Sequence record: MN176217
Direction: 5' to 3' (one strand)
DNA length: 64,000 nt
Source: Escherichia phage vB_Eco4M-7
Position numbers and translations under genes: made by a program. The notes beneath the pieces were generated by a model. That model searched no databases. It saw only the letters and a list, made by a program, of their open reading frames with translations, and was not told the DNA's origin. This document shows, in pieces, positions 37,619-46,947 of this stretch (position 1 is the first letter of the stretch; each line of letters begins with the position of its first letter).

Positions 37619-39406
37619 ATGCCAACACTTATTAACAGACCTTTCGCGCAAAGCGGTGATGTATCCGTGGTGCCGGATGCAAGTCCAAGCGGTTATGTGA
37701 ACTTCCAGCGCGGCTACACCCCTGACTATGCACTTGCGCTGGAAGCCGGAAACGTCGCCGCGAAAGCAGTTGAACGTGAGTCGATGAACTGGTTGCTGAA
37801 TCTGATCACCGACAACCTTATGTTCATCCAGGACCACGGCGCTCAACAGTATTTCTCGTCTGACTTGAAGCCAGATGGATACCCGAAAAATGCCATCGTT
37901 GTCAGCAACTCTGGCACCCCTTCAGCGCCTGAATGGCGCATTTTCCAGAGTGCGGTAGACGGCAACACCAGCGCAGTCCCAGCTAACGGCGAAACGGAAT
38001 CTTGGCAGGAATTGACGCTGCCTAGCGAAGCGAGAAAATATATTCCTATGCCTGCTGGCGGCGATGCGCAAAACCCGTATTTTGTTCGCGGACTGATTTC
38101 AAACTTTGTGGACTTTGATAATATCACGACTTCCACAACTATTGTCATTCAATCTGATGCCGTTGCCGCTCTCTGCTCTAATATCCCGAACGCGGTTGGT
38201 GCGACGAAGGTTGCAGGTCGTCTCCAGGTTTGCGCTTGGCAGGTTAATGCGCAGACTTTCGCCCTGCAGCAATACACGTCAATGAACGGATATGTTTTCA
38301 CCCGCTCTTATACTTCTGGTGCTTGGAGTACCTGGATTCAAAATGCTACTGTTCAAGACGTGCAAATTGGAACGCCGAATCTTGCATCAGGTAAAGGCGC
38401 ACAAGATATAATCCTTACCGTTCCAGCAGGTTATTCATGGCCTCCGTCAGCAGGTAGTCGCCTGACCATCGTTAATGATGTCACGACCACCGGACCTGTC
38501 ACCGTGACCATTGGTGCAAACAAAGTTGCAGTCCTTGGATTCGACGGCGGCGAGCTGCCAGCAGGGTCCATCGTCGGTCTTCTTCCTTTTACTATTATTT
38601 ATGACGGCACCGTTTGGCGTCTTCTTCAAGCATTCGGCGCGGCGCAAATCGGTGTCGATGCTAGTGAGCCGCAACAGTTTGTCACAAAGCGCCAACTCGA
38701 TGCTTTGGCCGCGAAGTTGATAACTATGGGTGATGTATTCGAAGTCGGTGAGACTCGATTCTTGACTAATGGCACAAACCCAAATACTAAACTGGGCGCT
38801 TACGGTCAGGTGTGGACCAGATTGCCTGACAACATGGTCATCAGGACGTCTGGCACGGCAAGAAACGGTCTTGACACTGGAGGTGCAGACTCTGTTACTC
38901 TTACCGCCGCCATGCTTCCTCTGCACAATCACAGCGTTAACATAACTACGCGACAGAGTGGTCCATGGTCCAATACCACTGGAGACGCAGGCAACCATAA
39001 CCACACAGGCGATACCAGTCAAAACGGTGCTCACGTGCACGGAATGGATTCAGCAGGCAACCACCACCATGACAGTAGCTGGGGTGAATCGAATACGAAT
39101 GATGCGCGGTATGGCGTGTATGATGGGACGCACAACAACTTCGGAAGTCGAAAGGGCGGCGACTGGGACAACTATAAATACAACACCTCAACTAACGGCA
39201 ACCACGTTCACAATATTCAATCTTCTGGGTCACACACTCATGGGTTGAATATAAATTACGCTGGCAATCACAGCCATGGATATACCCTCCCCGCTCACAC
39301 TCACGATGTGGTCGGTAACACTGGCAATGCAGGGCAGTCCGTCCCAACGGCTGTTTCAACTCTGCCGCGATATGTCGTCTTGAACGGCTGGTACAGAAGC
39401 GCATAA
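37619..39406 (+). CDS. Tail fibre protein with His-rich HxH repeat tip
   Basis: C-terminal repeats NHNHTG, AHVHG, NHHHD, NHVHN, SHTHG, NHSHG, AHTHD, as in metal-binding fibre tips. Confidence 0.6.
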   Translation: MPTLINRPFAQSGDVSVVPDASPSGYVNFQRGYTPDYALALEAGNVAAKAVERESMNWLLNLITDNLMFIQDHGAQQYFSSDLKPDGYPKNAIVVSNSGTPSAPEWRIFQSAVDGNTSAVPANGETESWQELTLPSEARKYIPMPAGGDAQNPYFVRGLISNFVDFDNITTSTTIVIQSDAVAALCSNIPNAVGATKVAGRLQVCAWQVNAQTFALQQYTSMNGYVFTRSYTSGAWSTWIQNATVQDVQIGTPNLASGKGAQDIILTVPAGYSWPPSAGSRLTIVNDVTTTGPVTVTIGANKVAVLGFDGGELPAGSIVGLLPFTIIYDGTVWRLLQAFGAAQIGVDASEPQQFVTKRQLDALAAKLITMGDVFEVGETRFLTNGTNPNTKLGAYGQVWTRLPDNMVIRTSGTARNGLDTGGADSVTLTAAMLPLHNHSVNITTRQSGPWSNTTGDAGNHNHTGDTSQNGAHVHGMDSAGNHHHDSSWGESNTNDARYGVYDGTHNNFGSRKGGDWDNYKYNTSTNGNHVHNIQSSGSHTHGLNINYAGNHSHGYTLPAHTHDVVGNTGNAGQSVPTAVSTLPRYVVLNGWYRSA

Positions 39407-39414
39407 GGTGATTT

Positions 39415-40059
39415 ATGATTAATGCAAACGTAATATCTAAAGGGACCGGATGCAGCATGGATGTCGCAGAGGAGTGGGTGGACCCTTTCAAGCAGGCTTG
39501 TGAGCACTACGGAATCAAAAGCAAGAATGCCATCGCGGCGCTGCTTGCAAACGTAGGAGTGGAAACAGGCAGTCTGAAGACCTTTGTGGAAAACTTGAAC
39601 TACTCCGCTCAAGGTCTTGCGAATACATGGCCTAGCCGTTACAGCGCCAGCGGTCGTTTCGGCGGCGCACCAAACTCCTTGGCACTGTCGATTGCCCGTA
39701 AACCAATGGAAATCGCCAATAATACATATGCAAACCGAATGGGCAATGGTTCGGTAGCATCTGGCGACGGTTGGAAGTACCGTGGCCGTGGTGCCATTCA
39801 GCTGACTGGAAAGGCCAACTATGCAGAGTATTCAAAGCAATCAGGGTATGACGCATTGAATAACCCTGACATTTTGACTGAGCCGAAATACATCGCTGAC
39901 AGCGCGGCATGGTTTTTCAAGAACAGCGGTTGCATTCCACTTGCTGATGCTGGCGCATTTGATTCGACTGTGAAGCGGATTAACGGGGCCGCGCCAAATA
40001 CGGCTAACCATGGGGATTTGCGACGGAAGCGTTACAAGGATGCACTAGCAGTTGTGTAA
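39415..40059 (+). CDS. Endolysin, glycoside hydrolase family 19-like
   Basis: Motifs LLANVGVETGSL and YRGRGAIQLTGKANY. Confidence 0.75.
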   Translation: MINANVISKGTGCSMDVAEEWVDPFKQACEHYGIKSKNAIAALLANVGVETGSLKTFVENLNYSAQGLANTWPSRYSASGRFGGAPNSLALSIARKPMEIANNTYANRMGNGSVASGDGWKYRGRGAIQLTGKANYAEYSKQSGYDALNNPDILTEPKYIADSAAWFFKNSGCIPLADAGAFDSTVKRINGAAPNTANHGDLRRKRYKDALAVV

Positions 40060-40060
40060 G

Positions 40061-40091
40061 AAAAAGGCCCATATGGGCCTTTGTTTATTTT
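40061..40091. terminator. Bidirectional rho-independent terminator (AGGCCCATATGGGCCT flanked by A and T tracts)
   Basis: Perfect palindromic stem with T-rich tails on both strands at the junction of convergent modules. Confidence 0.65.
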
Positions 40092-40311
40092 ACGGCTTCA
40101 ACCTGGACGGGCGGCGCGGAACTTGTATCAATGTCTGGCAAGTCGAAGTAATACCCCGCCATGCCAATTACGCCAACAATCGCAGCCCGTGCCACCTTGT
40201 TGCTGATTGACTCCCCAATAAGCTTTACCAACAGGGACAAGATTTGAGACGTCAAAGCCTTTTTCAGCCTTTTGTTTTCTTCCAAATCTTTCTGCATAAC
40301 TACCACCCATG

Positions 40312-40854
40312 TCAACGCACTTCCTGTGTCTTAACATTACCTGAAGCATCTCTTAAGGGCAGTGGATAGTAGGCCATTTGGTAGTCTGATACGCCTTCAA
40401 CATGATAAAACACGATTACGTCTTTGCTGTTGATGAGCATGTTAACGACATCTGATTTATCTTCTGGAGTGAGTATGAGTGCGCCGCCTGTCCTGCTGTC
40501 TACTGCAACAGGGTATGTCTTGTCGACAAGGCCGCTGTCCAATGTATTATACCTGACAACGATTTCAGCGGCATCAACTTTTGCAATTGACATTCCGAAC
40601 ACAAACGAAACGACTTGGCGACCGCGATCATTCATTACGCACATCTTTTCCTTATCAAACCTTTCCTTTATCACATCATATTTGTTCCAGCAAAATTCGA
40701 ACGATTGGCCGTTGTTAAAATATCTCGTTAACACTTTGGCATTACTATTTGGCGGTGTAAACATACTTTCAGCCGCTGCACTTTTGGTGAAGAACAAGAC
40801 TGTCAGCATAGCCATGATGGTGATCAAAACAATCTTTAAAGTTTTCGATTTCAT
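40312..40854 (-). CDS. Secreted / periplasmic protein
   Basis: N-terminal signal peptide MKSKTLKIVLITIMAMLTVLFFTKSAAA. Confidence 0.4.
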   Translation of the reverse strand: MKSKTLKIVLITIMAMLTVLFFTKSAAAESMFTPPNSNAKVLTRYFNNGQSFEFCWNKYDVIKERFDKEKMCVMNDRGRQVVSFVFGMSIAKVDAAEIVVRYNTLDSGLVDKTYPVAVDSRTGGALILTPEDKSDVVNMLINSKDVIVFYHVEGVSDYQMAYYPLPLRDASGNVKTQEVR

Positions 40855-40925
40855 TATAATTCACCTTTTGATTACGAATATTAATAGTATAGGCCGAAGG
40901 TTTTGAAAGTAAATAAGGCGAAAGG

Positions 40926-40956
40926 TAAATAAAAGAAAAGCCGGAGATTTCCGGCT
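40926..40956 (-). terminator. Rho-independent terminator on minus strand (AGCCGGA-loop-TCCGGCT then U tract)
   Basis: 7-bp stem and TTTTCTTTTATTT on minus strand, downstream of ligase gene. Confidence 0.5.
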
Positions 40957-41030
40957 TTATGTATACACTGTATATTAAATTCTATAAAACAACGCGATAG
41001 ATTATCCGCACCAATTACTTATCTAGTGTC

Positions 41031-41993
41031 TTAAAAATACTCCATATCGGTAATATCACGGAAGCATTTATACAAAGCAGAGCGCGGCACGTCGACGATG
41101 CCAAAGTTAAAGAATTTATACGTTAGGTATTTATCGCGATAGTTCTCGCGATTCTCCCAAAGCATTTTACGCTCTGCCATAGGCATTGAACCAGCGGAGA
41201 CGCGGAAAGGAATCATTTCACCTTTCTCATCCACATATTTTGGATTGACGACTATGAATGAGCCAAGGTATGCTTTCGCAACTAAACCTTCAGCCTCTTT
41301 TGAACGCTTGGTGCGACCCAATTCGTCAATGAATGCTTCGTTGTTGTTCTCCATCATCTCAACGAAGTCTATGATCAACCCTTCTTCATCGGTCCACGGC
41401 TTGTCCTTCCACACATCACGTGACTTCGGCGTCGCGCGCCCATGCTTATATTTGCCCGTCCAAGACTTGCCATACAAGCCTTCATATCCAAGCTGGTCTG
41501 CTTCGATTTGCATCGCCGCGTACTGTTCCATATTTTCGATGTTTCGATATTCGAGAGCGCGAAGGAATGGGCGTCGACCATGGTTGATGAGATGTTGATT
41601 AACTTCAGCAACTCTAGCTCGATAGTTTGCATAACGCTTTTCAAAAGGCAGATCAGGGTCGCTGAAGTCATCAAACACCCACCATGTAAAGTTAGTGATT
41701 GCATCAGTATTCATGCATGCAGTATAGGCCTGTTGCATGACGTTCTTATCATTTGGATTGCCGTCGATTAGCTCTCCATCAAGTCCGTGAATTAGCTCAC
41801 CCAAAAAGAGGAACTCTTTTTTGATTTGAACGTTGCGCAACGGCATGCCGGAAGTGCCCATTGGCAAGTTGTCATACGCCATTGCACGTATGCCATCGAC
41901 CTTGAATGACAGTCCGCAAGGCAGCGGCACGTCCTCGCCGCGCTCGATAATCTGCTTACGTTGGCAACCCTTCATTGGTTTTAATGCTGTCAT
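41031..41993 (-). CDS. ATP-dependent DNA ligase
   Basis: Nucleotidyltransferase motif I KVDGIR near N-terminus; 320 aa. Confidence 0.65.
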   Translation of the reverse strand: MTALKPMKGCQRKQIIERGEDVPLPCGLSFKVDGIRAMAYDNLPMGTSGMPLRNVQIKKEFLFLGELIHGLDGELIDGNPNDKNVMQQAYTACMNTDAITNFTWWVFDDFSDPDLPFEKRYANYRARVAEVNQHLINHGRRPFLRALEYRNIENMEQYAAMQIEADQLGYEGLYGKSWTGKYKHGRATPKSRDVWKDKPWTDEEGLIIDFVEMMENNNEAFIDELGRTKRSKEAEGLVAKAYLGSFIVVNPKYVDEKGEMIPFRVSAGSMPMAERKMLWENRENYRDKYLTYKFFNFGIVDVPRSALYKCFRDITDMEYF

Positions 41994-41995
41994 AA

Positions 41996-42619
41996 TTATT
42001 GTCCTGTAACTTCTCTGATCACACGGTCTTCAAGTTCCAGCTTCTTTACCATTTTGCAGGAGTGCTCATAAGCTGGATCAGTAGATTTGATGAACGTTCC
42101 GTTGTACATGACACCTTTGCGGTCCTTGATGTCTTCGTAGGCCGCTTGCGCACAGTCGGATAAGCGAAGGCCATAATCATGAGCTACGCCGGAAAGGTAA
42201 TCGACTGCGGCCATGATGGTGACGTCAATATCCATGGTCTGATTCTTAGCAATAGCATCACCAAGCCGTCCAAGGGTCTTTGCCAGGCGAAGGATGAATG
42301 AATGAGGGTGAGCGCCTTTATCAGCACAACCGCCGCCATTAATGTTTTCGATTTCAGTACCGTTTTGCGCCGCCAGGATGGTCAACACAACAAGACAATC
42401 GCCAATGTCGTCCTTGATTGCAGCTTGCAAGTCACAGATGGCCTGCTCTGTATATCCAATTTCAGGGTCGAAGAACACAAGGTCATGGAGTTGATCAACG
42501 TGGTCGGTTAACTCCCCAAACTCGCTGATAAGCTTCGGGTATTGGTCCTTAAGGTCGCAACCTTGGATGATGTTACGGTCAGAAGCCCACTGGCGAATGT
42601 TTGCATAAATCTGTTTCAT
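41996..42619 (-). CDS. All-alpha NTP pyrophosphohydrolase (MazG / dimeric dUTPase-like) candidate
   Basis: Acidic helical motif ISEFGELTDHVDQ; 207 aa. Confidence 0.35.
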   Translation of the reverse strand: MKQIYANIRQWASDRNIIQGCDLKDQYPKLISEFGELTDHVDQLHDLVFFDPEIGYTEQAICDLQAAIKDDIGDCLVVLTILAAQNGTEIENINGGGCADKGAHPHSFILRLAKTLGRLGDAIAKNQTMDIDVTIMAAVDYLSGVAHDYGLRLSDCAQAAYEDIKDRKGVMYNGTFIKSTDPAYEHSCKMVKKLELEDRVIREVTGQ

Positions 42620-43135
42620 TTATTTTTCCTTTGATGCATTGAATTGATCGATTTTTATTTTAGCCTGATTATAAGTATCAATCAAGCTATTAACTTTCTC
42701 TTTTAATCGATTTGTTTCTGCGGCGAACTGAACAAGAAATCTGACATCCTCTTCTGATAGTCCACAGTTTCCTTCTGGGATAGAGAGGCGTCCAGTGGTC
42801 GCAGAGTCGGGCACACTCCTGAGTAACTCACGGGAACAGCTGAGTTGCTCGCGCAACTTGACATTCCCAGACTTGTAACGAGCAATAGTGTCATCAGCAA
42901 CCAGTTGCGCTTCCTGGCGACCCTTCTCATATGCCGATGCCGATTCAACCTGTAAAGTTGCAATTTGCTCTTCGAGTGCATTTATCTTGTCCTTACGCTC
43001 ATTAAGCGATGTCAGATATTGATTATCCTTGGCCAGTGATGCGTTGGTTTGCTGCAGGTCTTCAACGTATGATCCAGCGGCAAATGCGCCAACAAGGGCC
43101 AGAATCTTCAGGAGCGGTACAATTCTTTCTATCAT
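42620..43135 (-). CDS. Membrane-anchored coiled-coil protein (i-spanin / Rz-like)
   Basis: N-terminal TM helix, heptad-rich body, nested out-of-frame ORF with signal peptide. Confidence 0.35.
   Translation of the reverse strand: MIERIVPLLKILALVGAFAAGSYVEDLQQTNASLAKDNQYLTSLNERKDKINALEEQIATLQVESASAYEKGRQEAQLVADDTIARYKSGNVKLREQLSCSRELLRSVPDSATTGRLSIPEGNCGLSEEDVRFLVQFAAETNRLKEKVNSLIDTYNQAKIKIDQFNASKEK
42703..42930 (-). CDS. Nested out-of-frame small protein with signal peptide and Cys (o-spanin / Rz1-like candidate)
   Basis: MRRVARKRNWLLMTLLLVTSLGMSSC... entirely inside 42620..43135 in another frame. Confidence 0.25.
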   Translation of the reverse strand: MRRVARKRNWLLMTLLLVTSLGMSSCASNSAVPVSYSGVCPTLRPLDASLSQKETVDYQKRMSDFLFSSPQKQID

Positions 43136-43192
43136 GATGCACCAGATAAATAAAAGGCCGCCAAACGGCAGCCTTGTTGATTTGATTGTCGA

Positions 43193-44053
43193 TTAAAACT
43201 CTTCTGCGTCGGTCGGAGTTTCATTGACAGGACCAGCGGCACCGCTTGCTTCTTCCTGCTTGCTGCGGTCGATGTTAACGTTACCGCCAACTACGTCGTT
43301 GTGGAATGCCTTGGCGACTTCGTACAGGCCTTTGTCCTGCACCAGACCTTCTAGCTCAAACTTCAGAACAGACCAGGTGTTGCCGTCTTTGGACTGGGAT
43401 GCAGTACCCATGCGAACGATGTTCATAAAGGTCGGCGGCGTTTTCAGACCCTGCGGAGTCTGAACTTTCTTCTGCTGCAGAGCGGTCATCAGCATGCGAG
43501 ACGGCTTGATCATGGAAGAAGTCAGAGACAGCATTGCGCTACCAAATTCACCAGTTTCTTCGTTCAACAGAATTACGAAGTGGTTGCGTGTATCTGCGTA
43601 GTAAGGAGATTTCTTCTCGTGCACCTTGCCGTTTTCGTCCGGCACGAATACCTTACCGTTGATCTCAACAGCGCGGCCTGCCGCGACTTCTGCATCAACG
43701 TGCTCTTTGGTGAATTCACCTTTAAAGCCTTTATCGTCGGACTCGCGACCGCCCCAAAGAATGAAGGTGCGTTTGAATGCGCAAGGGATGATCTGCACGC
43801 CTTTCTTACCGTCATACAACTCACCAGTAACGGTGTTGTAAAGCATGCCAGCTTTTGCACCAGGAACGTGTTTTGGATCATCTTCGTCGACCATAGGAGA
43901 CATCTTCTGCAGGACGACGATAAAAGGAATGGCATACGCATCGGCATCGGCACCTTCAAAACCAGCGCCAAAATCGGTCATGTCGACAAAATCAGCCATA
44001 GCGGACATCTGGGTGTTTTTCACTGCAACTTCGGTAGTTTCTTTCTTAGACAT
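43193..44053 (-). CDS. Single-stranded DNA-binding protein candidate (T7 gp2.5-like)
   Basis: 286 aa with acidic C-terminal tail ending ...TDAEEF, as in SSB interaction tails. Confidence 0.4.
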   Translation of the reverse strand: MSKKETTEVAVKNTQMSAMADFVDMTDFGAGFEGADADAYAIPFIVVLQKMSPMVDEDDPKHVPGAKAGMLYNTVTGELYDGKKGVQIIPCAFKRTFILWGGRESDDKGFKGEFTKEHVDAEVAAGRAVEINGKVFVPDENGKVHEKKSPYYADTRNHFVILLNEETGEFGSAMLSLTSSMIKPSRMLMTALQQKKVQTPQGLKTPPTFMNIVRMGTASQSKDGNTWSVLKFELEGLVQDKGLYEVAKAFHNDVVGGNVNIDRSKQEEASGAAGPVNETPTDAEEF

Positions 44054-44112
44054 TTGATATTTTCCTATAGTATCAAGTTTCGTGGCAACCTGATTTCAAG
44101 ATAAAGGTTAAA

Positions 44113-44670
44113 TTACTTTTTGCTTTTAGGCAAGGTTATTTTAGCTTCTTTGTATTCAAAAACGCTAATATCTTCACTAACTGGGTTGCCCGCTTCCAGC
44201 TGTTCTTTTACAAATGACTTCAGTGTAGCAGAATGAACGCCTTGTTTCAATGTGGCTTCAACACCATCTTCACGCAGCGCGGCAACAATCTCTTGCGCCT
44301 GTTCGATTTCTTCGCGACCGAACTCAGCCGTGACGCTGGACTTGATCAAGCCGCCGTAACCGTTGTTTACAAGCCAATCGAAAACTTTTAATTCGTTTTC
44401 TTTCTTGATTGAAGCGTTCACCTTGGACTCGACCTTGATTTTGGTCTTGTCCTCAAGCTTGATTTCGGACACACCAAGCTCATCCATAACGCCAGGAAGC
44501 AGAACAGTTTTGATTTCACTGATGCGCTGCTTTTGCATATCAGCTTCATCTTCAAGCTCTGTCAAAGCTTCTTGGCGTTCTGCCAGTTCAGATACTAAGC
44601 GCGCAAGGCGCTCTTGAATGCCCTCAGGAGCAACCTGCGGCAAATCATCTTCCCAATTAATATTGCTCAT
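44113..44670 (-). CDS. hypothetical protein with N-terminal coiled coil
   Basis: ORF 185 aa. Confidence 0.4.
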   Translation of the reverse strand: MSNINWEDDLPQVAPEGIQERLARLVSELAERQEALTELEDEADMQKQRISEIKTVLLPGVMDELGVSEIKLEDKTKIKVESKVNASIKKENELKVFDWLVNNGYGGLIKSSVTAEFGREEIEQAQEIVAALREDGVEATLKQGVHSATLKSFVKEQLEAGNPVSEDISVFEYKEAKITLPKSKK

Positions 44671-44930
44671 ATTTTACCTTCTTGCATTAGCCCTTCAACA
44701 CGGGTCATTTGATAACGTTCAGGTTTCCAAGCCGCCAAAGCCTTCTCAGCGCCTTTTAAGGTTTTATATGCCTTGATGCCAGGCACAATAACGGTATTCA
44801 CCCCAGCACCGTTGCCATAATCAAACTCTTTCACAACGCGGAACATCCCGTCAATTTCTTTGACCAAAAGACGTTTGAAAGCGATTGCGCCAGTAGCTTC
44901 ATTTTTGTAACGTTCAAGGATGCGTACCAT
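44667..44930 (-). CDS. hypothetical protein
   Basis: ORF 87 aa overlapping downstream start. Confidence 0.4.
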   Translation of the reverse strand: MVRILERYKNEATGAIAFKRLLVKEIDGMFRVVKEFDYGNGAGVNTVIVPGIKAYKTLKGAEKALAAWKPERYQMTRVEGLMQEGKI

Positions 44931-45004
44931 TTTGTATTCCTCTGTTTCGTTTCGATGAAGTAATTATGACTCATCTTCCGTGACAAGTCAAATTATTTTT
45001 GATA

Positions 45005-46528
45005 TTAATTCATCTTTTTGCCGTCGAGGATGTGATCAGCAAGCATAGACTTCATACTCAATGAACGCTGAATTTCTTCGTCGATGGTATCAACCCCAAT
45101 AAAATCAACATACAACACGCTTGATTTGGTGCCGATGCGGTGATTTCGGTCTTCGGATTGCTTGCGCAACTCGTTGTCATAGTTGCAAGAATAATAGATT
45201 GCCAAGTCGGCGGCGGTAAGCGTGATTCCGATGCCTGCCGCTGCAGCGTGACAAACTAAGACTTGCGTTCCACCGTTCTCAACTGTGTTCTTTTGGAAGT
45301 CATCAATCAAGAACTCGCGCTGCTCTTTTGATGTTTCACCGTTGTACACACCAGTGACCACGCCTTCAGACTCAAGCCAATCCTTAATCTGGTTCATCTC
45401 TTCCTTAAAGATGGCCCAAACAATGAATTTGCGCTCTGGGTCATCTTCCAACACCCCTTCCACATAGTCCTTAAAGGCCGTGAATCGTGGGTTGTCTTCC
45501 ATGTACACCATCTCATCATACACCTTAACAAAGCCTGATGTCACCTGCTTCATCTTAGTGCGAGATGCGATCATCTCAAACTTAACGTTTTCTTCTTCGC
45601 CTTTATACTCCATCAGATAGTTGTACTCATTCTTGAGTTCATCATAGACATCGCGCTGCTTAGGCGACAACTCGAAGTCGATAAACTTGTACACCTTCTC
45701 TGGAAGGTCCGGCAGGTATTCCGCTTTTGTCGCGCGGAAATAGTGCGGCTCCATCAGCCGGATAAGCTTGTCAAGGTTTTTGTACATCGGTCGGCCAAAC
45801 TGGTCTTTGCGCGGCACTTGCGGAATGCCATAACCGTTGCCGCCGATTTTCTTGAGAATGGCCTGCATCTCTGGGTCGTGCGCTTCAAGTAGTACTGTGA
45901 ATTCAGAGTTAAATGCGCGGAACGATTTGGTGCCAAGCAAACCTGCTTCAAGGAAGTGATACTGCATGTAAATATCAGCAGGCGAGCGCGGCAGCGGCGT
46001 ACCGGAAAGGATTCGACGGGCCTTTGCCAGCCGTCCCAATTCCACAACCTTGATGGAGCGTTTGGCTGTGTTATTTTTGATACGCGTCGATTCATCAATG
46101 ATCATCAAACAGCGGTATTTCTTCAAGACCGACTCAATGTGTTGATAACCGACTGGTGTGTTGACGGTGTCAATGTTGAATGAGAAGATGCGCGCAGGCA
46201 CTTCGCCTTCAGGGTAGTGATCAGCAAACATCTTCTCCCAAAGCGCCTTGCCCTTTTTAGTCTTCATCTTGTCATTGCCGCGCCAGTAATGCCCAATCCA
46301 CTTGATGGAAAGGTGTTCTGGTGCTTCACGACGAATCCAGTTTGAGTGTACACCGTTAGGAGCGATGACAACCATGGCATCAAATGCGCCAGCGGCGAAG
46401 TGTTTTTCAAACTCTGCCAAAGCGGTCCAGGTTTTGCCAAGACCCTGCTCCATAAAATAAGCAAAGTATTTTCTGCGGCCTGCTTTATCAAGCGCCAATA
46501 ATTGGTGGCGCATTCCTTGTGTTTTCAT
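45005..46528 (-). CDS. SNF2-family (DEAD/DEAH) helicase
   Basis: Motif I GLGKT, motif II IIDESTRIKN, C-terminal helicase domain. Confidence 0.7.
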   Translation of the reverse strand: MKTQGMRHQLLALDKAGRRKYFAYFMEQGLGKTWTALAEFEKHFAAGAFDAMVVIAPNGVHSNWIRREAPEHLSIKWIGHYWRGNDKMKTKKGKALWEKMFADHYPEGEVPARIFSFNIDTVNTPVGYQHIESVLKKYRCLMIIDESTRIKNNTAKRSIKVVELGRLAKARRILSGTPLPRSPADIYMQYHFLEAGLLGTKSFRAFNSEFTVLLEAHDPEMQAILKKIGGNGYGIPQVPRKDQFGRPMYKNLDKLIRLMEPHYFRATKAEYLPDLPEKVYKFIDFELSPKQRDVYDELKNEYNYLMEYKGEEENVKFEMIASRTKMKQVTSGFVKVYDEMVYMEDNPRFTAFKDYVEGVLEDDPERKFIVWAIFKEEMNQIKDWLESEGVVTGVYNGETSKEQREFLIDDFQKNTVENGGTQVLVCHAAAAGIGITLTAADLAIYYSCNYDNELRKQSEDRNHRIGTKSSVLYVDFIGVDTIDEEIQRSLSMKSMLADHILDGKKMN

Positions 46529-46947
46529 GACAATTCCTCTAAATACTTGATGATGTGATGAATAGTTCCCTTCACGATTATCTCACGTTGAACGTCTGCA
46601 GTATTATAACGCTTTAATTCAATCGAAGGGTGGACTAAATAAAACATCTTCTCAGAATCAACCTTAAGCAAAACGAATGATGGGTATCTCCAATCATTCC
46701 AAGAAGAAAGAAAGCTGCATTGACCTTTCTCAAATGCATTTCTGAAAGGTGCAGTGGTGGCCCTTGCAGGCCACGATTCAAAGAACTTCATTTCAAGCCA
46801 AAAGCCGCGCCCTTTCCGGTTGGTGCCGATTACGTCCGGCACGCCGTCACCCGTCATCGACTCGATTCGTTGAAGCTTCAATACTGATTCTGAGTGCTTC
46901 TTCAGGGGCACGAAAATGTATTTTTGTTCACGGTTATTTGTTGCCAT
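46525..46947 (-). CDS. VRR-NUC domain nuclease
   Basis: PD-(D/E)xK-type GVPDVIG...GFWLEMK; start taken at ATG 46947. Confidence 0.55.
   Translation of the reverse strand: MATNNREQKYIFVPLKKHSESVLKLQRIESMTGDGVPDVIGTNRKGRGFWLEMKFFESWPARATTAPFRNAFEKGQCSFLSSWNDWRYPSFVLLKVDSEKMFYLVHPSIELKRYNTADVQREIIVKGTIHHIIKYLEELS

Noticed and set aside
43580-44104. Plus-strand 174-aa ORF antisense to the SSB-like gene
   Set aside because: Lies opposite a minus-strand gene in a co-directional minus operon; no motif support
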